From Tubiluchus corallicola (Eukaryota > Animalia > Priapulida), in NCBI GenBank assembly GCA_030141605.1, contig JAQGDQ010000075.1:372001-436000 (forward strand): a stretch of 64,000 bases of DNA. Reading direction: 5' to 3'. The position numbers and the translations under genes are program-made. The notes under the pieces are model-generated. The model made no database searches and was not told the DNA's origin. It saw only the letters and a program-made list of their open reading frames with translations. Positions 17,682 to 32,600 of this stretch are shown piece after piece. Every line of letters begins with the position of its first letter. Within the stretch, counting starts at the first letter, position 1.

Positions 17682-20600
17682 ATGGCAGCCGTTCCTGACG
17701 ATGATGAGATTTTGGAGAGCCCTCAGCTTACATTGACATTTCCACCTGAGGTGCAAAATGCTATCAACCAGGTAAAAATTTGTTAGCCGTTTTGATTGCA
17801 CCAACCAATAAGACAATGCCATAAAAATAGGAAGAATGAAATAATTAGCATTTGATGATTGCTGTACAATAAACGAAATAGTCGATGCCAGGGACTTGTC
17901 AGCAAGTAATCGATCGAAGTAATTACTGGTAATCAATTACACCTAATATTACTTAGGAGACGATTCAATGAACTAATCACACGATGAGCAAAGAAATATT
18001 TCCGTAATTAGTTTTATGAGTAGGAGTAGAACAAAAAAATGAACCCGAAACTGGCGAAAATGTCTAGAAAAGAAATCATTTGACAGCAGTATAGTTTCAA
18101 CACAAAATATTGTATGCATTTGCCAAACGAAATAGTACGTGGTTTTTGTTTAGAGAAGACTCAGACAATAAATCGTTATTGTGTACTAAGCAAAGGTAAT
18201 GACTAATGCTTCTGAATTGCTTTGAGGTGTTAAATATATGTAATAAAACTAATATAACTGTAGTGACTTTACAACTGCAGCATGTTCCAAAAAACGACGA
18301 ACCAAACTTTTATATAAAGGGTAATATGACAGATTAAAGTTTGCTTTAACCAGTACATCTTTTGGCTTTCTTTCGTAATTCTGCTACATGATCATTGAAC
18401 GTCAAATCATTAGACACAATCACTCCTGTGTCTTTAAAGTTGTAGACATCACAGACTCTTTTATCATTAGTTGCATAATTATAATTAACTTGACTTCTCA
18501 AACATAACAGTGCACAGCTAACTGGCTTCAGCTTCACAAATACACGTTTTCGGTAAGCTTATAGAAAAGATAATTCAATGTACAGCAAATATTATACTTA
18601 TTATATGATCCGGGTTGTGTTGAGAAGAATACAATGGTAGCTGTTATAGCTGATGAGAAAGGATTTTGCACCCTCAAAAATCATTTATGACTTTATCCTC
18701 TCCTAATTTTTGATTGTAATGTAAAACAGAATTAATCTCAATTATGAGATGACTGCTATCATATCAAAAGGTCTATGTCGCAGCACCTCTTAGTAACTTT
18801 CAGTGGTTTAGATAGCTTAGAAAACTGGTACAAGAGGATTCTGAAGAGTTGCTTCTATGTTATAATTTCTGTGTCTTACATGGCTAATTTAGGAAAGTCC
18901 TCGATCTCATCATTGCAGAAAATTTTTTTCAGGTACTGCCAAGTAATGATCCTTTGGATAGACCGGATTTTAATGCAGTAGAGTACATAAATTCACTTTT
19001 TCCCACTGAACAATCCCTTGCAAACATTGATGATGTTGTCAACAAGATGCAGTCTAAAATCAGGTATTTGAATGCTTAATAAAAATCATAAATAATTTTG
19101 ATAACTTCTTTGCTGTGCAGAATTCTTCATAGCATTTTCAGAATACACATTATGCAAAATATTGCTTACCGTCACTAAATATTATCTTGTATGAATTTTA
19201 GTCACATGTGGGTAAACACTATTATCACTGTATCATTAAATACTAGAAACATCTATAGAATACGTATTTTTACATATCAAAGTAAAGTTTCATATTTTCT
19301 ATCAGCTAATTATGTCAATAAACAAAATCAATTTTCTGGAATAATAGCTTATAAACAGGTAACATTATTAAATACAGATGTCATTCAGGCCAGATAGATT
19401 ACCTTGATGCTTATGATTGTAACAAAGCACTTTTTAAGCAAGCGTAAAACACATCATTATGCTAGTATCATTATAAAGCATTATCATTTAATTTAAACTG
19501 TAGCAGTAAGTTAATTAATTGATTGCAAAGTAATTAAAGGTGTAAAGTAAAAATACCTTTAGTTTAGTTATAATTATTGTAGTACTGCTTCTAGGTGCTT
19601 TTAGTTTTATTTCTAAACCATATAGCAGGTAAATTAATGAGGACAGTTACTTTTTAATTTTTCATCAATGCATACATGTTCATTGGACTGGTTTTGTCCT
19701 CTATTGTCCTCTGTTGAAATAATTGTAACCTACACTAAGTGTTTTATACTTGCCAACATGATTGCAGGTAAGTTATTTATTAGTAATAGATTTTTCAGAT
19801 GAGCAATTGGCACAAGTGTAAAAACTAACATTTTACGCCATAATAATAGTAATGCTTCTTTGATTATACAGTTATTATTATTGTTATACAGATTGTTATT
19901 ACAGTTATACTTTTTTGCAAACTTGTAGTTATTTCCATGCCTCAAAATTTATTTCAGGTAAATTTAATCAACACACAATTAACATAGAGGTGTGTTATTC
20001 ATAATTAATAAACATCATTATTTCACGAACAATTGTCAAAAATATTATAAACAGAATTAGAATGGTAGATTATAAGGTCTAGTGCCCCATAATTTTATAT
20101 ACCATAACTGATTCTTCAGGTTGCTCGACGACGAAATTCGAACAGTTGTTCGAGGGCAGACAAATGTCAGCGAGGATGGTCACAGAGCCTTGGAAGAAGC
20201 CCAGCTAGCTATTCAACAACTTTTCAGTAAAATTAAAGACATTAAAGACAAAGCTGACAAATCTGAACAAATGGTAATTATTTTATATATAGCTTATAAT
20301 TGTCTGACTATGATTTTTTGTTTTGCAATAATAATGAGAATAATAGTAATAATTTTTCTTGAATATATTTAGCCTATCCTTACAAGTATCCAAGTTTACA
20401 TTAAGCATGTCACGTCTTATTGACTGTAGACTCATGGTCATGCACTTTATCGGCGTGTTTTTAGCACATCTCTTAATAGTAGGGATGTACTGGTGTCACT
20501 GTCACCAAACCCGGAGCAGATCTGATTTTCCTTGCCTTGATCTACTAGTTAGGGAGATCCTGTAGTTTATTGCAGACACTCTAAGCACTGATGTGCTTCG

Positions 20601-23600
20601 AGCTCTTACAACAGTATCATTCTTATAATTTAATATCTGTGTAAAGAAGCTAACACATTAGTCTTCAGAAACGAATGTAAGTGATTATTATTGTATAAGG
20701 ATTACATGTATTTGTAAAATAACCTTTGAAGATCTCAGAGAGGAGAGTAGTCCTTGGTTCCTTATTAAAATGTAAGAGGTCACAATTTTTTAGTTAAAAA
20801 TGGCCAAATAAAGTGGTCTTGAAACTAAAAAGATGTGATTTTAAAACTTCCGGAAAGCTGTTCAGTACACCTATTTTTAAAATGTGTAGGCTAACCAAAT
20901 ACCCAAAACTGCAAAGTTAAAGTTGCAGAAAACAATATTTTCCCACCAGCAACTAGCCACTGGCTATTCTATCCATTTCAACTTAGAAAACCAATTTGGA
21001 TTTCTTGTCCATTCAGAAATCCAATGAATACTGGTCTTTAACTACCGGACCCGTATTGGATCTGGACAGGGATTTTTACTGGATTTTGGACTTGAAGTAC
21101 AGATCCGTTGCATCCCTATAGACTAACCATACTTAGAGGTATCTTCGGCATGTTTGGTTACATTAATGTAATGTTTGGAGATATTAAGCGAAATGCCGAA
21201 AATGGTATGGTAGACAAAAGTGCCAAATGGTTGCTAATGTACTAACTAGTCATTTACTAACCTGACATGGCGTTGCTTGATCTCTTGTCCAAGTTCACTC
21301 TGTGAGTACTTGACGAGGTCGGTTTTTTGCAGGTGAAAGAAATAACGAGAGATATCAAACAACTTGATCATGCAAAACGTCATCTTACTAGTTCAATTAC
21401 AACACTCAACCATCTACATATGCTTGTTGGTGGTGTCAGTACACTTGAGTAAGTTTCTACATTTCTTTTTAATAAAGATTTTTTGCACTTATCTCAGCAC
21501 TAACTGAGTTCCTACCGTGCTGTGGATGTTATTTTGGATGCCATTTTGGCCATCTTGTTAGATGTCGTTGTATGGAGTGTTGAAGCTGATATTTGTACTT
21601 GGGACCCCCTAAAACCTTTAGAAAGGTCTTTTGGACAAGTAGATCCGAAATAATGCTATTTTAAGTGCCATTTTGGTCACCATTTTATGAAGTGAACACT
21701 AAATAGCCACAATCAGCACGACAAGTGGAATACCCAGAGTGAGCATTGAATCCGCAAACTGCACCTTGCAGACAAAGTCAAAATTGAAAACCTTCAGGCG
21801 AGAATTATTAATGTTCTTTATTAGTTCCAGAACAGTATCTCGCATGTCCTAAGAACAGTTATTAACAGAAGTTTAGTATTTTGAAAAAAGTTATGCCCAA
21901 ATTACACAACTCTTTTAGGTGATTTATATTTTTCACTAATTTATTAAAAGATTTGGCAGCACGAGATAGCTAGTTGGGAGCCTCGGGGCTCAAAAAATCT
22001 GTTTGGTTCAGGCTGTCCCTGAGCAACTATTAGTGCATGACCGGCTCCCAGCATAAAAATTTGTAGCCCAACATAGCAAACCTATACCAACTGAATGTAA
22101 TGTGATGTAATGAAAAATGTAGTGTAATGCCATTGTGATTGCACTTTAAGGAGAAATGTATGCACACTGTATGATCTTAATTAAAATCCCATTATTGATC
22201 AAGAAGGCACTCGTATTGGTTCAGAAAAACAGTATATCGCATATCGATTTATATCTTGCAGTCTTGAATACAAGTAGCTCAAAAGACTACTAACAAAGTT
22301 TTTTTAGTTGCCAAATGCCCAAAAATGGTTATCCTGGATGCCTGTGCAACTGATTTTTCAAGTCTTGAGAACGAACTTTGAAAACTGTTGATTATGTGTA
22401 ACATGTTTTTGTATTGATTATTTGGTAAAAAATATTTAATTATTTGGATTTTTCTTAGAGTACCAGGTGTGATATCTTATGACATAATATAACAGATGTT
22501 TGAACAACTTGTATTAACCACTTCACTGCCTGTATGACGAGAATCTCTCCAGTCACGAAAATTCTTTTCCGACTGGCCTGTATGACGAGACTGTACCGTC
22601 ATGTTTAGTATGCAAATTAACTGACGCCTACGCCAGTAGCAATAATACTTACACACGCCATGGCAATTGAGGAACCTAGCTTTGAAAACAAAAGGTGGTG
22701 GTGTCCTGTATTGTCTAAAAAGATGATATACAAGCTACAAAACATTCATGGTCAAAAAATGTACAAAATCCACGAAAAAGATTGCTGTTATTACTGAACT
22801 GTCGTCTGATACATTGCCACTGCTGCGTAGCTTTTCCTGTATCTTTGTCAATTTTTTTGTCATCAAATGGCCCAGAAAAGATATAGTTTGGAACAAATAA
22901 GGGACTACCTGGCAAAATTTGGATTTGAGTCATCAAATGATGGTAGGTGAAGCGAATTCATACATGTAATTAGACACGACTATTTCAACATCATATGGTT
23001 GATAAATTATGTACATAATTACAGCTAATAATAACAAGCTAATAATTACAGCATTAGGCCTTTATTTCTTCTACACATTAGAATGGCTATTGGGTCAAAC
23101 AACACAATTTGACAGCACTGCTCTACATGTTTTACAAACATTTTGTATAAAATACAACATTCAAATTGTACTGACAAGTGAAGGATGGCCAAAAACTTCC
23201 AAAAACTGTATACATGTGTGACTGCTTGCGTGATACGTGTGTGCTTCCATATGTGCGTATGCTTGTGTGACGTGTACATGTGCATGTAAACACATGGATA
23301 TAAATTAGGTAATATTTACTCATGTATGTATGCTTGAACGTGCAATGCTTTTTTAGAATTACAAAGTACCTATTCAAGTGTAGAGATGATGATGGTGGTG
23401 ATTCTGATGACGATGGTGGTGATACTGATGATGATGTTGACGACAATGGCATCAACACTTATACTTTTAGAAAAAACTACAGTTACAGTATTTTTGTGAA
23501 TTTAAATCACAATAAAAATTTATTTAATAACAACACAACAATATTTTGCATATCAGAAACTTTGGTTTTATTTTCTTCTACTTTTCTTTCTTTTCTGCTT

Positions 23601-26600
23601 TCCCTTCCTCTTTTTTTTCAACATTCTTCATCATTCTCACAAGTTTGCTAATACATCTACGAGAAACGGTAGCAACAATGACACTAGTATAAACAGACAC
23701 AGGTGGCAGTGGAATGGTAGCGGCAGCGGTGGCAGTGGCATTGGTGGTGGTGGTTGGGGGGATTGTCACAACAGCTATGATGGCAGCAGCGGCAATAGTA
23801 ACAATAGAAGTGGTGTAGTAACATCCATACTATAATAACATTGCAGTGCCTATAGCAGTAGCAACTTTTTATTTTACCAAAACATTCTTGCGCGCCAGCT
23901 GGAATGCAAATTGCACGGCAGTGAAGTGGTTAAACAATGTAGTGCACAGAACTGTCATTAACTATTTGTTTTACCAGGCAGTTAACGAGGAAGCGACAGT
24001 ACGGCGAAATTGCGATGCTGTTACAAGGTGTAGTGAATGTCTTACAACATTTCAGCAAGTACATGACTATTCCACAGATCCGGCAGCTAGCTGATAAGTA
24101 AGTTGTAGAGCTGTACAGAAACCGTAGCATTGAACCAAAACCCAATATTTTTCACTTGGTCTAATTTGATGTCGAATCAAAGCCCATTCGCTTACCCAAA
24201 TCCAAACTGAAATTTCTCTAGTCTGTGATGACAAGGACCATATTCAGTTATATTAGCACTGGTACTTCATTTAAAAGCCCGAACAAGTGTCCAAGGAAAC
24301 AGATTTAAAAAAAATATGCCTTTAAACAGCCGTTGGAGTAAAGATCTATGTATTAAAAAATGCTACTGCATTTCGAAATTTTACTATTACCCATTCAGCA
24401 GTCAGATTAACCGCCAGCATACGTACTTATTAAATACCGTAATGTGACTACCTGCTAAATGTAAAAAGATTGTTCTAGGATAATATATTGTTCAGTTTTC
24501 TGTATTGGATTGACAGTGTTTCTGCATATTATGTAAAGTCCACTGTACTTCCATCATTTGGTCTCTTATCATTTGGTTATACTACTTATAAACTAGTAAG
24601 AATGTTCATTGCTGTAACGTGTTATGATTATATCTCTTTACTAACTGTAAGTCTAGCATAAGCATACAGTAAAATTTACTTTATAAATTTTTAAGTGCTT
24701 CTGGTTGCCATTCAGTTGTTTTATTGTTTTTTGACAGAGTTCATCAAATAAAGTTGGATCTTGGGAATCAAATTGTTGGTGATTTTGAAGAGGCTCTTTC
24801 AGGACCTGCAGCTAAAGTGAGTGACATCAAGTACAAGTTTTGTTAATCATTTATTTAGTGCTTCTGTCTAAGTTTGCTAGTCAACTAATTTTTGTTAGTT
24901 ATTACTGTCATTTAAAGCACATGATTTGTTAGAAGAATTACCTTTCTTTTGCTGCTTGCCGTGTAATCAAGATTTTTGTGACAGCTAATAAGCATTTGTT
25001 TCTTTTTGCAGCACTTCACGCCAAACAAGCAATTAGCAGAGGCTTGCCTAGTCTTGAATGTCTTAGATCCTAAAATCAAGTAAGTAAAATAACATAGCAT
25101 TTCACACTTGTGATGTAACTGTTTCATATTCTGTTGTCGATCATGCAAATTACTACTTGAATCAGTTTGGTGATGGGGAAAAAATTCTTAAAATGAAAAT
25201 AACAGCCAGCACCCACTTAGGCAATGACTTGGGTGTTGTTCGAATGTAAACATCCCCTCCTGCAGAGGAGCAGATGTTTGAATAAAAGCCATGTCTTTGC
25301 TTGAATCAGTTTGTCTGTTTTGTTGTTTTTTCAGTCTGAGAAAACTTGCATGTTTCAGAAATCTGAAGTCAAGTGCTGTTAAAACATAAAGTAACTGCTA
25401 TACTTTGTTGTCATTCAAAATTCAAAAAACGTCTGAGAACTCTTCAATTCACTGCAACATCATTTTATAAATAAAACATTGTGTGCATTTGATAGGAAAG
25501 ATCTGTTAAAATGGTTTGTCAAGTTACAACTAAATGAATACTTGGTACTTTTTCAAGAAAATCAAGATGTAAGTATAATTGTTTTATCTCTGGTAGTTAC
25601 ATTCTGTTTTTTCAAGTTGCCATGTCTTCTGCAGTAGGCACCGTTTATTAGACTTGTGGTTAATAGACTCAGTCACTTAATCGACTCAGAAACACCTAGA
25701 ACGGGCCGCTTCTATTCAAATGTATATAGAAACTGTTGGTAATTGACTCAAATAACTCCGCATAATTGACGCAATATTTTTCCTTGACGTAGTTAAATTA
25801 AAACACTTGTATGTGTTCACAGAGAGTTTCTGCTGCCGTTATGTTATCTTTACATCGATTCTGTGATTGTAATATATGTAGAAACAGTCACATTAACTAC
25901 AGCTTTGTTTGTAAGCAGGTACTGTACATTTATCATGTGCTAATATGTTTGCATAGCAGTTTTTGCATTGAATCTGTCACCTGCTTATCTGCTGCAATGA
26001 ACGTCGTTGTTTCTGAAAGCTAAACATTTAATCGCTTGCCCAGAGGTTTACTTTTGAAGTTCCTGCCGCTTTTCACAAGGTCATCGCCAATTGCAGCTCA
26101 AGCACTAGGTGACTAGGTGTTTTGCATGAATATGTGCAGCATACAGCAGCAGATTTTCAATGTTCTTATCATTATGAGAATTTCGTAAGCCAACTTCTTC
26201 ATGAAGAAGTGAAGCAATCGACCTTGCGTGATTTCTTTTTAAATTTTACTGGAAATAATGCATTTGTTTTCGATTTTTTTGCTTGTTAAATAGTTGCACA
26301 TAGGTATTTTTGACATTAGTTCGCTTCTAAAATTCATTTAAAGCCTTTGCAATGCATACTAACACGATGAGCGATGACTCACATTGGTATAGTAGTAATG
26401 TACTAAACCCGTCAGCTAATTGACTCAGTCGGTTAATTGTGTCAAAACAACTGTCCCAAAGTGAGTCTATTAAACGCCGTCTATTGCATTAGATTATTAG
26501 CTATTGTTATTAATTATTTTTTTGTATTAAGTAACTCTAGCCATGTGATTGTTTAATTGTAGTACTCTTACGTGTTATTCAAGATAATTGCAGCGGTACA

Positions 26601-29600
26601 ACCAATTGGTTACATTTTGTGTAGCTTAATTAAGATTTAAGCTTTGCCTTTTGTAATAGCAAATATCAATCTTTTAATAGCAATTACAAAATCAGCTCTA
26701 GGTGTGTAATGAAATAAAGACATATCTTGCAGAGTTGGGAAAAGCTGTTTTAAATTTATAAATAACACATGTGACCCTTCTTTGCATTTTGTGTGTAAAT
26801 TTTTTGCATTCTTAAATAGCTTCAACATGTTAGATTTTTTACAATTGCCCTTTTTGCAGGTTGCATGGCTGGATAAAATTGATAGGAGATATGCCTGGTT
26901 GAAACGCACACTAATAGAATTTGAAGAGAAATTTGGACGAATGTTTCCAGCAAATTGGTTGGTTAGTGAGAGAATTGCTGTTGAATTCTGTGAACAAACC
27001 AGGTAACAAAGGCATTTGCACGAGGTTGCTAATAATATATTTTGCAAACTAATTAGATAAAAACTTTTTTGTCTAGATAGGTTGCTATATATTCTGGCTT
27101 TTAGAGTGCCGAAACACATAAACAGTCACTAAAGTAACTTTAGCAATTTTGACTTTGTTATTTTGAGAACAGCTATCTAATAATTTTAAATGTGCTGTTT
27201 TAGGAAGGAATTGTCTAAAATAATGGCGTCGAGAGTACACGAGATAGATGTAAAATTACTGTTGTTTGCAATTCAGCGAACAACGAACTTTGAAATGCTT
27301 CTTGGAAAGAGATTTACAGGTGCAACCTTGGTGGCTGATGGAAAGGTTTGTCGAGATTTTTTTCTGACATTTTAATATAAAATTGGCTACTTAATTTTAT
27401 GTTAGCTAAATTAAATTGTGAATTTTTTGTTAGCCAGTATCTCCGGTGGTAACTCCGGAGCCAGAAACCAACCCGTTTGCTTCTGACATGGAGCCAGAAG
27501 ATGCCCAACAAGCAAAAAAGGTAGGTTCGTGTAATTACTGTATTTTTGGTTAAAATTAGGTAATTTAATTGGTCGTTTCGTCTCAAAGATTTTTAAGTAA
27601 CTGATTTGTTAAGGTTTAAAACTTCAATTGTAGTGTCATTCCTACATTTTTTTTCTAAGGAAGCAGATGCAGTTGGAACTAGCATAGGCTCAAAACCTTC
27701 GCCTTTCCTTGGGATAATCTCACGCTGCTTTGAGCCACATCTAAACATTTATGTAGAAGCCCAAGACAGGTAGGCTAAATGTTCTACCAATATCGATTTG
27801 CAAACTACAGATTTATGGTAACAATTGGTGCTTTGCAAACTAAGTATTGTTGCTACTATTACAATGCATTTAATAGTCATGTAAGCTGCACAGTACCACT
27901 AATTTACAAAAATGATGGCAGTTCTACATTTCTGGTACCTTGTTAATTCCAGTTTAAGCTTTTCGCATGAGCTAGTATGCTGTAAATGTTATGATCTTTC
28001 AAATGGCTTTTAGTGCTTATTTTCAAACTTGCAAATCTTGTTTATTTAAATCACATTACATCAAATCTAGGTAATCCGTATTTAAAAATCAAGTTCATTT
28101 TCTAGCTATTATTCAGTAAGTACATTTCATTAAAGCTGATTGTCCCAGCAAGCTAAAACGTAAGAGTAAGAGCCTTTTTTATTTACAAAGTGCTATCTGT
28201 GTGTGTTGTTTATTTTTCAAATTCCTGGCAGAAATAATGATTTGTTTACAGAGAAAACCTGAGAACTGACAACATACAGTCTGCTTGTATTGTGATTGTA
28301 ATAGCTTAATGATGGCAATAATGATGATGACGATCACCATTGTGCAGTAACATTGTTAAACATTGTTTAGAGTTTTTCGATAGCACACGCCAATACTGAA
28401 TATATGCAGTAGTATTGAGTGTCTGGAGACAATACTGAAGATAGTGCAATGTTATTGTGTTGTAAGTGCGAAATGAAAATATTTCACAATGCTTTTGCCC
28501 ATGAGACTTACTTTTTATCAGTTGGTTTTATTTTTTGCAGAAATTTGGCAGATCTTATAAGTAGATTTGTAGAAGATTTCCGAGTACAGGGCATTCCACT
28601 GGACGTGGATGATGGAAGTGTTGTTCTCCCTAGTTGTGCAGATTTGTTTGTTTACTACAAGAAGTGTATGGTACAGTGCAGTCAATTGAGTACAGGCCTG
28701 CCAATGGTTTCTCTTTCTGCCACATTTCAGAAATACCTCAAGGAATATGCAATCAAGCTGCTTAGTCAAAATCTGCCAAAGTAAGTTGGTGACAGTTTAA
28801 CACTTCTAGACTACAGTGAGGTCTCTCAGAGCTGTTAGACCCCTGATTAACAAGTAAAATGATGCTCCAACCGAATCACATTCTGACTTTTTACGTAACA
28901 AGTAAGAACATTTATTAAACTTGCATCAATTTGTAAAAGTGTAGGGTGGTTAAAACACAGCTACATTATGGCAAAAATTTTATTAGAGATAGTGCAAGTC
29001 ACTAGGTGGTTTGATAAGAATTGAATTTTTCACTTTGGTTTTAATTTTTTCTTTCCTATTAGGCTTGCCATTAGTAGTACTAGTGGAGGTGGCATCAAAG
29101 ATCTCAAAGACATTCAGACAATGGTTTCTACCTTGCTAAAAGAAGGAGACATTCCAAAATTCACTGGCGAGGAACAGAGAAGAATCTGCGTGATTCTCAG
29201 CACAGCGGAGTATTGTTTAGAAACTACACAGCAGGCAAGCTTGTCTAAAAAGATTTTACAATTTCAAATTTCATACTAATTCAGTAAAGGAGAAGTTGAA
29301 CACTTACTTGACACCTAGAGTAATTAAATTTTTTACTGTTAATTTGGACATGTTGAATGGTGTCAGTATAATATGAGTACTGACATGATATTTACAGTCA
29401 TGATTGCTGTTTAGTTATCACAGTTAACCAAGATGGCTTTTGTTGAAATTTTCTAGTTGGAAGATAAGTTAAAAGAAAAGGTGCAGCCTGATTTGGTAAG
29501 CAAAATAAGCTTCACCCACGAGCAGGATATATTTCATACGTAAGTATATTTCTACATTATAATCGTATTTATTTCTCGTAACATGATAAAAAACAACTTA

Positions 29601-32600
29601 TTTGTGATATTTCAAATGACTAACAATAATAATCATGAGGTGGAACCAGGTTACAATAAAATGTGTGAGATTTTTGCGGTCTGTATCTTCATTATCTTCA
29701 TTACACTGTATGGCTGTGAATGTTATGCATCTGAAATTTCTTTAAATGAATTGTTTCTGGTTGTGTAAACATGTTTTCCGATTGCTTTTACATCATATTT
29801 TATGTCTTAAATGTGATACTAAATTGTATACAGCTTGTCAGAAATTGTATTTATAAGTTACTTAAACATCTGAAATTAGTTTTTTTAACATTCTCGTATA
29901 CTATGATAGTGTACCAAAACCATGTTCATAGAGTGGACTTTGCCAATCTTGATTTGCAGATTGTAGAGTACTAAGCTGTATAAAAAGAACTTGTGAGGTG
30001 TTTGAATGTCTAAATAATTGCATTTGTTTGAAACTGATTATTTGATGTAGTGAAACTGACAAGGAACATCATATTTTATTTTTCAAGTGTGATATCAAAT
30101 TGCATACAACTTCTAGTTCAAGATCTGGAGGGAGCATGTGAGCCAGCTTTAACAGCGATGAGTAAAGTATGTATTGTTTTTTGCAGTTTGCTTTATTATT
30201 GTTTACTAGCACCTAATGATGCTAAATGTATGAGAGATAATCTTCAAGATTTTGATTATGACATGATATCTTTTTAAGACAGAATGTATTGCAATGTGTT
30301 GGCATTAATAGGCTTGCACAGGCTTAATAGGCTTGCTAAGTGGTGCTTCTGCTTTTGCACTTTTCAAATGGCTCCATTTTTCAAAATCAACTTGTTAGAA
30401 CTTGAATGTAATTAGCATGATTTTAAAATAATTTTCGGTTGTGCTAAATGCTCATTAAACCTTGCAGTGGTTGTGAAATACACAAAAAGCACATACGTAA
30501 ATAGCCCATATCTGCTGTGTACTGATACAGCTGTAATGGTTTTTAAATTTTGTGTGAATTCCCAACGTGCAATTTTTTTTATGGCCTAAAATACTTTGTT
30601 TTCCTGTCTAGATCTTTCTTGTAAATTTTTCTTAAATAGTTTGTAGTCGCAATCAAGTTGCACGAGGGATATTGTAACGCTTCAAATTGTGCATTCGCCT
30701 GTTCGTAATTCCGTTATTGGCCTAGTGGACAAGTTTCAAACCAAAGTGCTTGGTCCAAAGCATTCATCTTTCTCATCACTCCTGAACAGGGATAGAATGC
30801 TGTTGATTATGGAGTCCCAAGTTCAATGATGAGTCACAGGACATGATGTCTTGAAGAAAACTTGTGAAAGCGTTTTAAGCCAGAATAATTGAACTTAAAT
30901 TTTCATCTTTCACATGTAAGTCACCTATCAACTATCAGTTTTGGGATCACAAGACCAAAATATAAAAGCTTGTTTACACATTTCATTGCCACACTACCCA
31001 ATATTTGAAAAACATTTGTGACTCAAATCTATAACCCTTTGTCACAAGGAGGTGTTTTGCTTTGCAGTGTCTTGTATTTGTTTTGCAAAATATAATATGA
31101 AACACGACGTTTTTCTTACTTCTAGATAAACTGGTTAAATGTAGATACAGTTGGTGATCAAAGTGGTTATGTGACTGCGGTAACTGGCCATGTGAACAAG
31201 AATCTTCCTCTCATTCGTGATAATCTTGCTGCTTCAAGAAAATATTTTACTCAATTCTGTGTGAAGTTTGTAAAGTGAGTCAACATGTGGTTTTGTTCGT
31301 GAATAAAATAACACATTACTGAGAGGCTGACTATCAGCTGAATAATATGGTTTTAGGATTAGTTAAGAGGAAATAATGTGCCTACATGTACATAACTAGC
31401 AGTACCATAGCTTTACAATTTTGTGTTGTTATTGTTGTTACCTCATTTCAGAATAATGAGGTACTGCAATGGAAAGATTTTGTTTGCCATATGAAAATCT
31501 TCTCTAGATTTCATCACCACTTATGTAATTTGATAGTGTCCAGAAAAACCATATCTTCTTGGCAGTTCGTCTTGGCATAATGTTATATAATTCAGTTTGC
31601 ATGTGTGCTGTAGTGCATCTCATTGCTTGCTAAAGCAATTTAGCATGAACTTCAGTTATCAGCTGGCTGCACAGATTAGTAGTACAGAAGCTGGTCTGTG
31701 AATCTAAGAAAAGCTAATCACTGTTATTAACAAAATGGTTTATATGTATTTGAGAGCATCAGCCAGCCGACCATTCCTATATGGAAACAATTCTATGTCA
31801 TATTAGCTGCAATACAAAATATAATAACAAATGAAATGAAATGAGTTGGAAGCTTGTAGGCTTTCATATGTGTACGACTGTACATGGTGATACTTAATGA
31901 ATGGCATTGACTATCAGTAACTTTTGATTTATTTTAGTTCATTTATCCCAAAGTTCATCAATCAGATCTACAAGTGCAAGCCAATAAGCACAGTTGGAGC
32001 CGAGCAGTTACTCTTGGATACGCATTCTTTAAAAACGCTTTTGCTTGATTTGCCATCACTTGGGTCACAAGTTCCACGCAAGGCTCCGGCCAGGTAAGTT
32101 CGTTGAAGAATACGATTTTTGTTTTAGTAATTAGCTACCTTTTTTGTGCAAAAACTGGCTTAGTGGACAAATTTCGTTTATGCTTTTTTATTTAATTGAT
32201 TTATGTTCAAAGACTTAGAATATTTTAATGTATCTTTGTGCCATTCTAAGGTCAGTAAAACTTTCACACAATCGAAAATTTTTGCAACTTGCAAATAGTG
32301 AAAGCAGGTTTTTTGTTAAGTTGAATAAATTTTCGCAATTCGAAAAATCTTTATATTGAAACCTGGTAGGTTTTATTTTTTGCAGTTATACTAAAATAGT
32401 TGTGAAAGGGATGACGAAAGCGGAGATGATCCTAAAAGTTGTGATGTCCCCTCACGATCCTGCACGAGGATTTGTCGACAATTATATTAAACTTCTGCCA
32501 GAAAATGACGTCACAGAGTTTCAGAAAGTTCTAGATATGAAAGTACGTAGTTTCGTGTCCTACTTTCAATATGGTTTTGTTGTGTAGCCTGTTCATGTGA

